The notes: generated from the letters alone by a model not told the origin. A DNA stretch of 64,000 bases from an uncultured Gammaproteobacteria bacterium (GCA_964394645.1 CAYMYC010000004.1:1258-65257), one strand, 5' to 3'. Positions 48,506 through 59,612 are shown, counted from the first letter of the stretch. Numbers and translations: made by a program.

Positions 48506-49015
48506 TTACCGAGTATTTAGGAGAAGGCTGTGAATTTTTTCACGTGCATCAAGCAAACACTCATACCTTGCAAAAATTCCTCTCGCTGGAGCTGAATTCA
48601 ATGAAAGATCTTTATCATCTACATACCCATAAAATAGGACAGAACTACCATCATTTGACACATGTCTTTGAATGTCTATCACATGACCTTTTAACTCACC
48701 CTTTATATGTGTTACCTCTTCCAAACCTTTATGTATCTTACCTTTAAAATACTTGATTCCCTCTACATCATCTAATAATTCTTTTTCATAAGCTATTCCT
48801 GATGCTTCTTTTGCAATAGCTTCCAGTTCTTTTCTCGATCCTCGCATCCTCCTAAAATATTTCGCTTTGCGTATAACAGAACCTGAAAGACTATCAAACG
48901 TCTGAGCTACCGTAATAGCATCTCTCACTCTTCCTTCAAGAGCTGTATCAAGTTGATGTTTCATGCGCATATGCGCATATGTATAGTCTCTTCTACGTTC
49001 GGTCTCCATACTCAT
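48506..49015 (-). CDS. Hypothetical protein
   Basis: 169-aa ORF; TATAAT 8 nt before ATG. Confidence 0.6.
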   Translation of the reverse strand: MSMETERRRDYTYAHMRMKHQLDTALEGRVRDAITVAQTFDSLSGSVIRKAKYFRRMRGSRKELEAIAKEASGIAYEKELLDDVEGIKYFKGKIHKGLEEVTHIKGELKGHVIDIQRHVSNDGSSVLFYGYVDDKDLSLNSAPARGIFARYECLLDAREKIHSLLLNTR

Positions 49016-49084
49016 AAATATGGATTATACAATACTATGGGAATATTTCAATAATATGTGTATCCGAAGGCTTTTCGCTATTTA

Positions 49085-50371
49085 TTACTTAGTTAATTCT
49101 TGAATTGCCCGCTGAAGTTGATTATCTAGGGTGGGTGTCTTTGCAGATTTTTCTTTATCAAAGACTATCTTTATATCAGGCGTTAGTCCTTTTTTATCAA
49201 CCCATGTGCCATTTGGGGTCAGCCATTTTCCAACAGACAGGTGAACTGATGAGCCATCAGCAAGATCTACAGGTTGCTGAATTGTCCCCTTACCAAATGA
49301 TGTTTCTCCGATTAAAAATGCCCGCTTATGGTCACGAAGCGCTCCTGAAACTATTTCTGAGGCAGACGCTGAACCCTTGTTGATTAGCACTACAACTGGA
49401 ATATCAAGCAATATCCCATTACGAGACACGGGCATGTCTAGCTTCTCTCCATTTCCGTCAGCTTGAGATACAATATTTCCACTTTTTACAAATTCAGACG
49501 CGATAAATACTGCATCCTGTAAGTATCCACCTGGATTATTTCTTAAGTCCAAAACCAGACCTTTAAAGTTTTTAGATCCTATCATTTTAGGATAAAGACT
49601 GTTTATCATTTGTGTCCATTCTTGATTTGTTTTATCTCCAAACTGAGACAAACGTATATATGAAACAGTATTACATGTTGCACAATCCTTCTCCTCTTGA
49701 CATTCACTTTTCGTGCATGAAAAATTTTTCACCCAACCTGTCACACTTTTTACCTGAATTGTGTCTCTAACTATCGAAAGGTTTATGGATTTTGTTTCCT
49801 TGTCATGTAAAACGGTAAGCTTTACTGTTGTCCCCTTAGGACCTCTTATCTTCTCAACAGTCTGAGGGAGAGTCCATCCATTAGTACTCTGTCCGTCAAC
49901 TGCTAATATCTCGTCTCCACTCTCAACACCTGCCTTGTCAGCTGGAGATCCGTCAATTGGCGACACAACTGATACCTTATTATTTTTATTTAACCCCAAT
50001 TCTGCTCCAATTCCAGAAAATTCTCCAGCCATTTGGGTTTTGAAATCAGTATTTTGTTTTGGTGGAAAAAATGAAGTAAACGGATCATCTAAGCTTTGTA
50101 GCGCTCCTGAAATTGCACCATGTAGTATTTTTTGTGAGTTAATTTTAGATTTATCATAATAATCACGATTCACCTTATCTAGTACTTCATAGAAAGGCGC
50201 CATATCTAAATTTTGGTTTGCTGGAGGATTTTTTTTATTAATCGAAACAATAGGAGTATAGCTCTTCCATGATGTAGAAATTTTATTTGTTCCAAGAAAA
50301 TACCCTATCCCGCCTGCAATAAGAACTATAAGAAGTACATGAAAGAATGATAATGAAAGTTTTTTTCGCAT
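49085..50371 (-). CDS. Carboxyl-terminal processing protease (S41) with PDZ
   Basis: FSGIG, DLRNNPGG, SASASEIVSGAL, FGKG. Confidence 0.93.
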   Translation of the reverse strand: MRKKLSLSFFHVLLIVLIAGGIGYFLGTNKISTSWKSYTPIVSINKKNPPANQNLDMAPFYEVLDKVNRDYYDKSKINSQKILHGAISGALQSLDDPFTSFFPPKQNTDFKTQMAGEFSGIGAELGLNKNNKVSVVSPIDGSPADKAGVESGDEILAVDGQSTNGWTLPQTVEKIRGPKGTTVKLTVLHDKETKSINLSIVRDTIQVKSVTGWVKNFSCTKSECQEEKDCATCNTVSYIRLSQFGDKTNQEWTQMINSLYPKMIGSKNFKGLVLDLRNNPGGYLQDAVFIASEFVKSGNIVSQADGNGEKLDMPVSRNGILLDIPVVVLINKGSASASEIVSGALRDHKRAFLIGETSFGKGTIQQPVDLADGSSVHLSVGKWLTPNGTWVDKKGLTPDIKIVFDKEKSAKTPTLDNQLQRAIQELTK

Positions 50372-50440
50372 AGAAATATATTGTAACCTGTGCTATCCCA
50401 CAAGAGCAATAGGAAAATACAGTTATTTATGTATGGATTG

Positions 50441-50683
50441 CTAATCTGGTACTACTACAAATGGAAGGAGTGCTAGATGCCGTGCTCGCTTAACTGCGAT
50501 TGTTATTTTCTTCTGATGCTTCATACATACTCCAGTTTTAGATGCTGAAAGAATTTTCCCACGATCAGTTGTAAATTTACGCAACACTTCGATTTCCAAA
50601 AAATCAGGATTTTTTTTCTCTTTGCAAAAAATGCAATTTTTTGGCACTTCTCTTTTTGTATGTAATTTTTTTTGATTTGCCAT
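50441..50683 (-). CDS. rpsR: 30S ribosomal protein S18
   Basis: CIFC, RGKI, TGVC-x-KHQ, VKRARHLALLPF. Confidence 0.95.
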   Translation of the reverse strand: MANQKKLHTKREVPKNCIFCKEKKNPDFLEIEVLRKFTTDRGKILSASKTGVCMKHQKKITIAVKRARHLALLPFVVVPD

Positions 50684-50711
50684 ATTTGTAATTTTTTCCT
50701 ATTTATCTTTC

Positions 50712-51197
50712 TTAAAAAGGTATATCATCTGGGTTTACATCCTCAGAAATTTGTTCTTTCACCTCTTTTTTTGTCTTTGGCTTTTCGGGTTCCTGAGTCT
50801 TAGACGCAGAATCGTGCTGCACAGGCTCTTCCACATGTTCAGACGCACCATCTTCACCTGCTTTTCTGCTATCTAAAATGATCATATCTTCTATGACTAT
50901 TTCAGTTGTATTCCTCTGTGCCCCATCTTGCCCTGTCCAATTCCTATTTGAGATTCTCCCCTCAACATAAACTTTTCTTCCTTTTGTTAAAAGCTGCGAG
51001 CAAAGCTCTGCTAGCTTATTCCATGCAACTATTTTGTGAAATTCTGCGTCTTCTTTTTTTTCTCCGTTATCAGTTGTCCAACTCCTATTGGTTGCAAGAC
51101 CAAATGTGCAGACAGCAGTTCCCTGCGGTGTATACCTTAATTCAGGATCTCTTGTCAAATTTCCTATTAATTGTACTCTATTCAATGAGCGTGCCAT
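50712..51197 (-). CDS. ssb: Single-stranded DNA-binding protein
   Basis: LNRVQLIGNLTRDPELRYT; C-terminal DDIPF. Confidence 0.97.
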   Translation of the reverse strand: MARSLNRVQLIGNLTRDPELRYTPQGTAVCTFGLATNRSWTTDNGEKKEDAEFHKIVAWNKLAELCSQLLTKGRKVYVEGRISNRNWTGQDGAQRNTTEIVIEDMIILDSRKAGEDGASEHVEEPVQHDSASKTQEPEKPKTKKEVKEQISEDVNPDDIPF

Positions 51198-51220
51198 TTT
51201 TTACTTGTTTACTCTTATTC

Positions 51221-51493
51221 TTAATTTACTCTAATCATTAAGTGACGCAAAATGTCATCTGTTATTACTAAACGTTTCTCAAAACCTGTATCTATCTTTT
51301 CGGATTTGAATTCTAGAGCAACGTAATCACCTTTTTTTTCATGTCTTATAGAATAAGCAAGTTTTTTTTCACCCAATTCTATAACTTTAGCATCCTGTGC
51401 CTTTGCCCAACCCTCAACCTGAGTCAGAACGGCTTTTTTCTTCTCCTTATTCAAATCAGACTTTAATAATAATACTAGTTTATAGCTTCGCAT
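51221..51493 (-). CDS. rpsF: 30S ribosomal protein S6
   Basis: MRSYKL, GEKKLAYSI, ILRHLMIR; rpsF-ssb-rpsR synteny. Confidence 0.92.
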   Translation of the reverse strand: MRSYKLVLLLKSDLNKEKKKAVLTQVEGWAKAQDAKVIELGEKKLAYSIRHEKKGDYVALEFKSEKIDTGFEKRLVITDDILRHLMIRVN

Positions 51494-51578
51494 ACGTTGA
51501 GTTATTATACACAAAAGAGATAGTTGGTATCAAGAGGAAACAAAACAACACTTTTTTATGTAATTTTTGATGAAATAT

Positions 51579-52718
51579 TTAGGGAGAAACTGCATGCAAG
51601 ACTACTTCTACTTCCTGAGTTTTTCCCTTTCTATAAAGAATAATCGCTACAGTGTCTCCTATCTTTTTTCTTGAAATTACAGCAGCCAATCCCCCACCCT
51701 GATCACTAAGTTTCTTTCCATCAACATGCGTGATAATATCTCCTAACTCGATACCTGCCTTATCAGCAGATGAGCTTGGAATTACTTCCTGAATGTACGC
51801 CCCCCCTGGTAAATCGTTTAAAAGTGCTGCTTGAGGCGATAACATAGTATAGGAAATCCCAAGATACGGTCTATTAAACTGCCCGGTATTATTAAAGTTT
51901 TCTATTGATTCTTTTACTATATTTATAGGGATTGCAAATCCAATATTTTGTCCGTTTTGGGCAACTGCTGTATTAATTCCTATAACCTGCCCGTAAGAAT
52001 TTAAGAGTGGTCCACCACTATTCCCAGGATTAATTGCGGCGTCAGTTTGAATTACATTATCTAACCTCTCTGCAAACCCTTGAAATACGCTCCCGGCAGT
52101 AATCCCGCGACCAAGTCCTGAGACGACACCTGTTGTAACGGTATTACTAAATTCACCCAAAGCAGTTCCTATAGCTATTGCAAATTGTCCAACCTCAAGT
52201 TTTGCTGAGTCACCCAATTCTGCTGCCTTAAATCCCCCTGTTGGCGTTTTTTCTGTTTTTAAAATTGCGAAATCATTTGAAGGATCCCGATAAATCTTAA
52301 CCACCTTATACTTTTTCCCTTTTACATCTACTACTATGTATGACGCGCTATCATCAGACACTACATGCTTATTTGTAGCAATTAATCCTTCCCGTGTTAA
52401 CACAAACCCAGAACCTATAAAATCTTCTTTTGTTGTTTCGTTTTGACGTTCTTGTAGTAATTCAGAGTGAAAAAATAGCGAAAACGGGTCATTTTCGGCA
52501 GAAGAATTTTTGGGAGGAAGTATTATTCCGATTGTTACAACTGAGGGACCCACTCTTCTTACAACATCTGTGACAAAATTCTCCTCTCGTAACACCTTTC
52601 CATAGTCACTATCTTTCGATTCATTGAAAATTGAACTTTGTTGCAAAATAGGTGAAATACTTCGCCAAATAAATACCGTAGCAATTAAAATAGCAAGAAG
52701 AACTACTAACCTCTTCAT
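51579..52718 (-). CDS. HtrA/DegP-family serine protease with PDZ
   Basis: GSGF, TNKHVV, IQTDAAINPGNSGGPL. Confidence 0.93.
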   Translation of the reverse strand: MKRLVVLLAILIATVFIWRSISPILQQSSIFNESKDSDYGKVLREENFVTDVVRRVGPSVVTIGIILPPKNSSAENDPFSLFFHSELLQERQNETTKEDFIGSGFVLTREGLIATNKHVVSDDSASYIVVDVKGKKYKVVKIYRDPSNDFAILKTEKTPTGGFKAAELGDSAKLEVGQFAIAIGTALGEFSNTVTTGVVSGLGRGITAGSVFQGFAERLDNVIQTDAAINPGNSGGPLLNSYGQVIGINTAVAQNGQNIGFAIPINIVKESIENFNNTGQFNRPYLGISYTMLSPQAALLNDLPGGAYIQEVIPSSSADKAGIELGDIITHVDGKKLSDQGGGLAAVISRKKIGDTVAIILYRKGKTQEVEVVLHAVSP

Positions 52719-52825
52719 GGAAAAATAGTTTAGTACCTAAATTTCGTTTTGTCAATAAAATAGGCTCCAAATATTTGAATTTCCTACTTATTTGAATGAT
52801 CCTTGTACTGTATACTTAATACTAT

Positions 52826-53227
52826 ATGCCAAAACCCGGAACAGTTTTCGGAGATGTACTAGAACAATTTAAAGAACAAGGAAAAGCAATTGGAAAAGAG
52901 GTAGTCAAAATGCCTGTTGATATAGTGAAAGCAAGTTTTGAACAACCTATACCCCTTCCTACACAAGAACGCACACAACAACTTAAGGCAGAGGAAAAAG
53001 CAAGGCTAGCCAAAGTAAGAAGTGGAATTGCTATGGAACAAGAATTTAAATCCCCCCCTCCTGAAGAAAAAAGGATCCAACAAGGTGCAACAACAACTGA
53101 AAAAGGTCAGATAAATCAAAACGCACAAGTAAATAATCAACTGTCTGCTAGCATGACACCAAAAAAAAAGCCAGAGCCACTCGTAGTACAACAAAAAAGA
53201 AATGATCGGCTTCATGGTGCAGGATAG
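52826..53227 (+). CDS. Hypothetical low-complexity protein
   Basis: 133-aa Q/K/P-rich ORF filling the gap before hisS. Confidence 0.6.
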   Translation: MPKPGTVFGDVLEQFKEQGKAIGKEVVKMPVDIVKASFEQPIPLPTQERTQQLKAEEKARLAKVRSGIAMEQEFKSPPPEEKRIQQGATTTEKGQINQNAQVNNQLSASMTPKKKPEPLVVQQKRNDRLHGAG

Positions 53228-53298
53228 TAATAATTGAAATACCTTATATTGAATAGCTATCTACCTCGGCAATTTTTTTTCTGCTACAATATCTTCAT

Positions 53299-54483
53299 AT
53301 GATAATTACACCTAAAACATTAAAAGGTTTTCGAGATTTTCTTCCAGAGGAAGCAAGAAAAAGACAATATCTTATAGGTGCTTTAAAAAAAGTTTTTGAA
53401 CGCTATGGCTTTGAACCTTTAGAAACCCCATCTCTAGAATATGAAGATATACTCTTAGGGAAATATGGTGATGAGGGTGATAAACTAATGTATCGCTTTG
53501 AAGACAACGGTCAACGCCGCGTTTCACTACGCTACGACCAAACTGTCCCGCTTGCACGAGTTATAGCACAATACGAAAACGTTCTCCCCTTACCTTTCAA
53601 ACGCTACCAGGTCTCAAATGTTTGGAGAGCTGAGAACACACAGCGCGGACGATTCCGGGAATTTCTTCAATGCGACATAGATACAGTAGGTGTTGATTCT
53701 GCCCTTTCTGACTCTGAAATAATTAAAGTGGTAATCACCACACTCGAATCATTAGGGGTAAAAAGCTTTAAGATTCTACTAAATGACCGTGCCGTATTTG
53801 CTGATATCCCTAAGGAAGGAATTGCCGTCATAGACAAGCTGAAAAAAATCGGAAGAGATGGAGTTTTATCAGAACTTAAGGAGAAGGCAATTGATAGTGA
53901 CATTCTCACAAAAATATCAGAATCTAATCCAACACAAAGAATTCAGGAGGTTAAAGCACTGTTAGACGACGAACGAGTTATTTTTGAACCAACACTTGCT
54001 CGCGGACTGGATTATTATACTGGTATCATTATTGAAGCAGAAATAGACGGATATGAAGGTGGATCCATAGGGGGAGGCGGAAGATACAATGAATTAATAG
54101 GAATATTTAACGGAAGAAGTCAACCTGCTGTTGGTTTTGCATTTGGCTTTGATCGACTTTTTTCAGCGCTAACTAGCCTAAACCTTTTAAAAATTTCACC
54201 TTCGGTAGCACAAGTTCTCGTAACGATCTTCTCTCCAGAATTAAAACAAGACGCAATTAACGCCGCGGTAAAATTAAGAATGCGTGGGGTAAATACCGAC
54301 CTCTGGCTTGAGGATAATTCAAAAATGGAAAAACAAGTAAAATATGCACTTAAAAAACAAATTCCTTATCTATTAATCATCGGTCCTGAGGAGAAAGAAA
54401 AAAACATGGTAACTATAAAAGCACTAGATATACGCGACCAAAAGACAGTAACTTTAGACGAAGCAATCCAAATGATCGGGTGA
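53299..54483 (+). CDS. hisS: Histidine--tRNA ligase
   Basis: LKGFRDF, LRYDQT, GRFREF-x-Q, LARGLDYYTG, GGGRY. Confidence 0.96.
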   Translation: MIITPKTLKGFRDFLPEEARKRQYLIGALKKVFERYGFEPLETPSLEYEDILLGKYGDEGDKLMYRFEDNGQRRVSLRYDQTVPLARVIAQYENVLPLPFKRYQVSNVWRAENTQRGRFREFLQCDIDTVGVDSALSDSEIIKVVITTLESLGVKSFKILLNDRAVFADIPKEGIAVIDKLKKIGRDGVLSELKEKAIDSDILTKISESNPTQRIQEVKALLDDERVIFEPTLARGLDYYTGIIIEAEIDGYEGGSIGGGGRYNELIGIFNGRSQPAVGFAFGFDRLFSALTSLNLLKISPSVAQVLVTIFSPELKQDAINAAVKLRMRGVNTDLWLEDNSKMEKQVKYALKKQIPYLLIIGPEEKEKNMVTIKALDIRDQKTVTLDEAIQMIG

Positions 54484-54490
54484 CTCTCCT

Positions 54491-55402
54491 ATGAAACTGT
54501 CCACAACAAAAAAGGCTGTTATAGCACTCATTATAGCTAATACAATTTGGGGCGCAGCACCTCCTATCTTCAAATGGGCACTTTATGATATTGGACCCTT
54601 TTCACTTGCATTTTACCGTTTTCTCCTGGCTACGCTAATCACTCTGCCTTTTGTATACAAACATCTATCATTTAATCCAAAGTATCTATTAAGCGTCATA
54701 TTTATTGGTATAACAGGAGTTACTATAAATATCAGTTTTTTCTTTTTTGGGCTAGAATTCGCGCCTAGCATAAACGCTTCTATTGTTGGAAGTGCCGGAC
54801 CAATCATATTAATTTTCTCATCAATTGTTTTTCTGCATGAAAAATTTAAAAAAAAATTATTTTATGGTGCTCTTATAGGATTTATAGGTGTTCTTCTCAT
54901 AATTCTTAAGCCTTTGTTTACAAAGGAACCAAATATAGCGATTCTTGGAAGCACTCTTATTTTCGTAGGAATGCTAGGATCTATCGCACATACACTGCTT
55001 GCAAAAAAAATTATAAAAAGACTAAAACCAATAACCATTACTTTTTGGAGCTTTTTCTTTGGAACAATTGGATTTATTCCTTTTTTCTATGAAGAAGGAG
55101 TTGTTCAAGGATTTATTCCACACATGAGTATAAACGTAATAATTGGACTCTTATTTGGGGCTGTTCTTTCATCATTTATTGCATATCTTCTATCTTTCTG
55201 GGCATTAAAGTATTTACAGGCAGAAGATGTAGGAATTTTTGTTTATATAGATCCTATTGTAACTGTTCTTATCGCGGGTCCATTACTTGGTGAATACCCG
55301 AATGTACTATTTCTTGTTGGTTCATTATTTGTATTCGGTGGAATATTTATCGCTGAGAAAAGAATCCACTGGCATCCTCTACGCAGGCTAGCAGATGGAT
55401 AA
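54491..55402 (+). CDS. DMT/EamA family transporter
   Basis: IWG, FYRF, LHEK, LLGE; about 10 TMs. Confidence 0.88.
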   Translation: MKLSTTKKAVIALIIANTIWGAAPPIFKWALYDIGPFSLAFYRFLLATLITLPFVYKHLSFNPKYLLSVIFIGITGVTINISFFFFGLEFAPSINASIVGSAGPIILIFSSIVFLHEKFKKKLFYGALIGFIGVLLIILKPLFTKEPNIAILGSTLIFVGMLGSIAHTLLAKKIIKRLKPITITFWSFFFGTIGFIPFFYEEGVVQGFIPHMSINVIIGLLFGAVLSSFIAYLLSFWALKYLQAEDVGIFVYIDPIVTVLIAGPLLGEYPNVLFLVGSLFVFGGIFIAEKRIHWHPLRRLADG

Positions 55403-55473
55403 TAAATACTTACTTTCACACTGTATGCACCAATGCTTGCGTAAATGCTAGGAAAAAGATATAATATTGCATT

Positions 55474-55764
55474 ATGAGAGCACAGATTCATCCACAATAT
55501 AATGATTCGGCAACAGTAATTTGCTCATGCGGCAACCAATTTAACGTGGGCTCAACTAAGGGAACTATGCATGTAGAGCTTTGCTATAACTGCCATCCTT
55601 TTTACACGGGACAGCAAAAGTTTGTTGATACTGCTTCAAGAATTCAAAAGTTTGAAGATAAAATGAAAGCTAAAAAAATTATTGTTAAAAAGGAAACTGA
55701 AAGAAAAGAAGATGATGGTCCAAAGTCACTTAAGGAAATGCTTGCAGCTCTCAAGAAGAAATAA
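55474..55764 (+). CDS. rpmE: 50S ribosomal protein L31 (Zn-binding type)
   Basis: IHPQY, CSCGN, CYNCHPFYTG. Confidence 0.96.
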   Translation: MRAQIHPQYNDSATVICSCGNQFNVGSTKGTMHVELCYNCHPFYTGQQKFVDTASRIQKFEDKMKAKKIIVKKETERKEDDGPKSLKEMLAALKKK

Positions 55765-55823
55765 GATTTTCCTCTCCCCTCATACACGGTTAGTCCCACT
55801 GAATTGTGTATAATAAAACCCAT

Positions 55824-56744
55824 ATGGACGAAATAGAATCTCACATCATAGAACTAGATAAAAAAATAAGAGAAGCACAAGAACTTATTGCAGATCCTGA
55901 TATGGGAACATTGGCATCTGAAGAGCTTATACGATTACGGGCAGAAAAAGAGGCATTAGTACAGGCAATGAGCGCAACACAAGGATATGATAATTCTTCA
56001 ACATCCAATACTCCAGAAAATGATTTAGACTTTAGAAATGCAATCTTAGAAATTAAAGGCGCAGCAGGAGGGGATGAATCAAAATTGTTTGCAAATGAAC
56101 TTTTAAGAATGTACCAACGATTTGCGGAAATAAAGGGCTTTCGGACTCAAATGCTAGATGAGTTTACTGTTAAGATTATAGGAAAGGATGCGTTCGGAAC
56201 ATTTAAATTTGAGGCTGGAGTTCACAGAGTACAACGAGTCCCCGAAACAGAAAAGAGGGGCAGGGTTCATACCTCAACAGTAGTCGTTTCACTTCTTCCA
56301 GAACTTGAAGATGTCGACTTACACATAAACCCAGATGATATAGAATTTGAGGCTTATCGAGCCGGTGGTCATGGGGGACAAAACGTAAACAAGGTCTCAA
56401 CCGCTGTACGCCTCAAACACACACCATCAGGAATTGTGGTAACATGTCAAGATGAACGACAACAACACCAAAATCGGGAAAACGCTATGAAAATTTTGCG
56501 CGCAAAATTGTGGGAACTTGAACTTGAGAAACGTGCTGAAATGATTTCATCTTTAAAATCCACTCAAGTCGGAAAAGGAATGAGAGCGGAAAAAATAAGA
56601 ACATATAATTTCCCACAAGATAGACTAACGGATCATAGAATTAATGAGTCGTTCCATAATCTACCATCTCTTATGGATGGGAACATAAACGATCTTATTG
56701 ATATGCTTAAAAAATCCCAGGACGAGACAAACGCTGCTACATAA
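55824..56744 (+). CDS. prfA: Peptide chain release factor 1
   Basis: [14 protein letters not shown] (PxT), [17 protein letters not shown]; follows rpmE. Confidence 0.93.
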   Translation: MDEIESHIIELDKKIREAQELIADPDMGTLASEELIRLRAEKEALVQAMSATQGYDNSSTSNTPENDLDFRNAILEIKGAAGGDESKLFANELLRMYQRFAEIKGFRTQMLDEFTVKIIGKDAFGTFKFEAGVHRVQRVPETEKRGRVHTSTVVVSLLPELEDVDLHINPDDIEFEAYRAGGHGGQNVNKVSTAVRLKHTPSGIVVTCQDERQQHQNRENAMKILRAKLWELELEKRAEMISSLKSTQVGKGMRAEKIRTYNFPQDRLTDHRINESFHNLPSLMDGNINDLIDMLKKSQDETNAAT

Positions 56745-56772
56745 TCCCAAAATACATCTTCATAAATATGTA

Positions 56773-57696
56773 CTAAAGGTTTTGGAGAACTTCAACAACC
56801 TCAGGCAATATTAATTTTGTTCCTTTCATTTGAGGATTTTTAGAGGAACCATTGAGAAGCATTCGCTTGGAAACGTGTAAATACCATGATGCATCAGGAT
56901 CCATTTTTTTTAACTTATCATATACGGGAGTAAAATCCACTTCTACACTTTCATAACTAGTCATGCCCTCGCCATTCCCGCTCTTTTCCCTCTTCCGAGG
57001 TCTTGCTTTAATTCTCACCCCACCATTTTTTGGATCCTTACGGACAGTTATCACATATCCCATAAGTTGAGCGAGTTTTAGCACTTCGTCATTTATCGTT
57101 TCTATTGCAATTCCTTTTCCCCATTTTGTATTAAATTGAATTCCTTTTTTCTCTATCTCCTCTTCTGCCCACAATCTATTCTCAAATCTGTGAATTGCAA
57201 CATCCAACAGATCAAATCCAAAGCGAAGGCATGTCGCATCATCTCGTGGATACTGGAATTTTATTCCTGAAAGTAATGATACAAGTGAAAACTCGTAGAT
57301 GTCCGAGGCAGGATCCGGGTAATACACTTCTTGAAAGTGATCATCATCAACCACATATTCGACCAAACGTGAAAGGGCATCTGCTTTGTGCTTATTTACT
57401 CTCAGCTCCTCCGACAAAGGCAAAACATATTCATAGGTAAGTTTTGCAGCACACGTATTCTCATTTTCAACCTGATGATGATCAAGAGGTCCCATCCCAG
57501 TATCTACATGTATTACCTCTTTTCCGTCTAAATGCTCAATAACGTCCTCTGATGCACGATTGGTGTTTAATCTTCCCCCAGCAGGAACTGTTATAACCTC
57601 CGCGCCTTCCCATCCTGACAAAAAACGTTTAATAATCCAAGAAGATGTTACTGCATCAAGGTCTGGAGAGTTATGAGTTACTATGATTTTTGACAT
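56773..57696 (-). CDS. DHH/Myg1-like phosphoesterase
   Basis: IVTHNSPDLDA, HVDTG, LDHHQ. Confidence 0.65.
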   Translation of the reverse strand: MSKIIVTHNSPDLDAVTSSWIIKRFLSGWEGAEVITVPAGGRLNTNRASEDVIEHLDGKEVIHVDTGMGPLDHHQVENENTCAAKLTYEYVLPLSEELRVNKHKADALSRLVEYVVDDDHFQEVYYPDPASDIYEFSLVSLLSGIKFQYPRDDATCLRFGFDLLDVAIHRFENRLWAEEEIEKKGIQFNTKWGKGIAIETINDEVLKLAQLMGYVITVRKDPKNGGVRIKARPRKREKSGNGEGMTSYESVEVDFTPVYDKLKKMDPDASWYLHVSKRMLLNGSSKNPQMKGTKLILPEVVEVLQNL

Positions 57697-57782
57697 ATTT
57701 TTTGCATAAATTACTTATCTAAGTATATCATATACAACCCTGATTCTTGATTCTTTGTTCTGTATTCATATATCATGAGTAT

Positions 57783-58322
57783 ATGCCTGATAAACCCACA
57801 GTAACGCCTGAACACATAAAAAAATATCAACAAATCATGGGTGTTGCTGCAATTCCTAAGCCTCAAACAACACCTACAGCATCTAAAACCGCTACACAAC
57901 CCGGAATAAAAGATGCCCGCCTATCATTTCTTTCCTCACTTCCTAAGCCTACAGGAATCGGAAATAAAATGTTTGTCTTCACAGGAAAAAAGAAGATAAT
58001 AATAGATGGAACTGATAAGGCAGTAGAGAATGTAAAAACAATCGATGCTCAAAATATTAAAAAAGATACACCTCCACCTACGCCACCACCTGTCAACAAA
58101 GAGGATTTAGTAGCAAAACAAGTAGAAACTGTAACTATGCCTCTAACTCCGAAGGGTGAAGATAAAAAACCTAAAGATGCCATACCCACACCTACCACTA
58201 ATCCAAAAAAAGCCGATCAGAAAAAGAAGTTCCCACTCGTGTTAATCTTAGTGTTTTTCTTTCTGTTTATGTGTGTTTGGATACTGTTTTGGCTTGCGTT
58301 TTTTGGTTTCATCAAAATATAA
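57783..58322 (+). CDS. Pro/Thr/Lys-rich protein with C-terminal membrane anchor
   Basis: Low-complexity body; hydrophobic C-terminus. Confidence 0.6.
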   Translation: MPDKPTVTPEHIKKYQQIMGVAAIPKPQTTPTASKTATQPGIKDARLSFLSSLPKPTGIGNKMFVFTGKKKIIIDGTDKAVENVKTIDAQNIKKDTPPPTPPPVNKEDLVAKQVETVTMPLTPKGEDKKPKDAIPTPTTNPKKADQKKKFPLVLILVFFFLFMCVWILFWLAFFGFIKI

Positions 58323-58376
58323 GCTAGAGGATTTATAGAAATACTTAAAATAACCGTGGAGAATTTGTCGGAAATA

Positions 58377-59612
58377 TTATTTCGAAAAAGCCTTGAAAAT
58401 CTCATCGGAAGATAATAAATCTGTCTTGCTCTCGTGTCTATTTTTCCATTCAATTTTTCCTTCTGATTTCTTTGAGATTACAAGTCTTACAGGAATACCT
58501 AATAAATCAGCGTCAGTAAATTTTTCACCAGGAGATATGTCTCTATCATCCCATAATATTTCCACTCCCATATCGTGTAAACTGTGGTATAGTGCTTCTC
58601 CTTTGTCCATAATTTCTGGGTCTTGATTGGCAAGTGTTAAAAGGTGTACTTTGTATGGCGCAACAGAATCAGGCCATACTATCCCCCTCTCATCATGATG
58701 CACCTCCACAATGGTACCCATAAGACGTGTGATGCCTATTCCGTAACAACCCATCAATACCTTCTTTTCTACTCCGTTCGCATCTTTATAGGTTATATTA
58801 AATGCGTCTGAAAACTTGGTTCCTAATGGAAAAATATTCCCAACCTCAATAGTTTTTGCTCTTTTAAGTACTCCGTGTCCAAGCTCACACTGCTTTCCTT
58901 CCTGAACAGGAGACACTTCTGTATTTGCTGAAAAATCACCACCAGGACAATAAATAATCTCATCCTCACCTGCAGGCGTTATAACCTGATACTCATGAGA
59001 TACATCAGAAAATGCTCCTCCTGATGCTTGTGTCTCAATAGCCGTAAGTCCAACTCTTTCAAATACCTTCATGTATGTTTTCTTCATAATTTCATAGTAA
59101 GCTTTAAAATCCTCTTCCGTCGCATGGAATGAATACAAATCCTTCATAAGAAATTCCCTCCCCCGTAAAATTCCTGATTTTGCCCTCGCCTCATCCCTGA
59201 ACTTTGTTTGAATTTGATACACATGCACGGGTAAATCTTTATATGAGGAGATAAATTGTGACGCAAGAGGTGAAATTACCTCCTCATGAGTCGGTCCAAG
59301 AGCATATTCATGTTTATATTGAGATATTACTTTAAAAAGAGCATCAAACAAGTCCCAACGGTTTGTTTGTATCCATGAATCTTTATTTTGCAAGGAGGAT
59401 AATTCTAGCTCCTGAGCATCAGCTGCATCCATTTCCTCGCGTACAACTTTATTAATTTTCTCAATTACCCGAAGCCCTAAGGGTAAGTAATTATAAACTC
59501 CAGCCAATTCCCTTCGGATATACCCTCCACGAGTTAAGAGCTTCGCATTTATTGATGTTTCTTCTGCTGAAACATTTTTTGTTGTTTTCCCAAAAAGTTT
59601 TGAATATCGCAT
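58377..59612 (-). CDS. proS: Proline--tRNA ligase (short form, no INS editing domain)
   Basis: LGPTHEE, KFRDEAR, REFLMKDLYSF, IEVGNIF, MGCYGIG. Confidence 0.95.
   Translation of the reverse strand: MRYSKLFGKTTKNVSAEETSINAKLLTRGGYIRRELAGVYNYLPLGLRVIEKINKVVREEMDAADAQELELSSLQNKDSWIQTNRWDLFDALFKVISQYKHEYALGPTHEEVISPLASQFISSYKDLPVHVYQIQTKFRDEARAKSGILRGREFLMKDLYSFHATEEDFKAYYEIMKKTYMKVFERVGLTAIETQASGGAFSDVSHEYQVITPAGEDEIIYCPGGDFSANTEVSPVQEGKQCELGHGVLKRAKTIEVGNIFPLGTKFSDAFNITYKDANGVEKKVLMGCYGIGITRLMGTIVEVHHDERGIVWPDSVAPYKVHLLTLANQDPEIMDKGEALYHSLHDMGVEILWDDRDISPGEKFTDADLLGIPVRLVISKKSEGKIEWKNRHESKTDLLSSDEIFKAFSK

Noticed and set aside
57721-57780. 7-mer repeats (tgattct tgattct ttgttct gtattca)
   Set aside because: Short, degenerate, no inverted partner; lies in a divergent promoter region.
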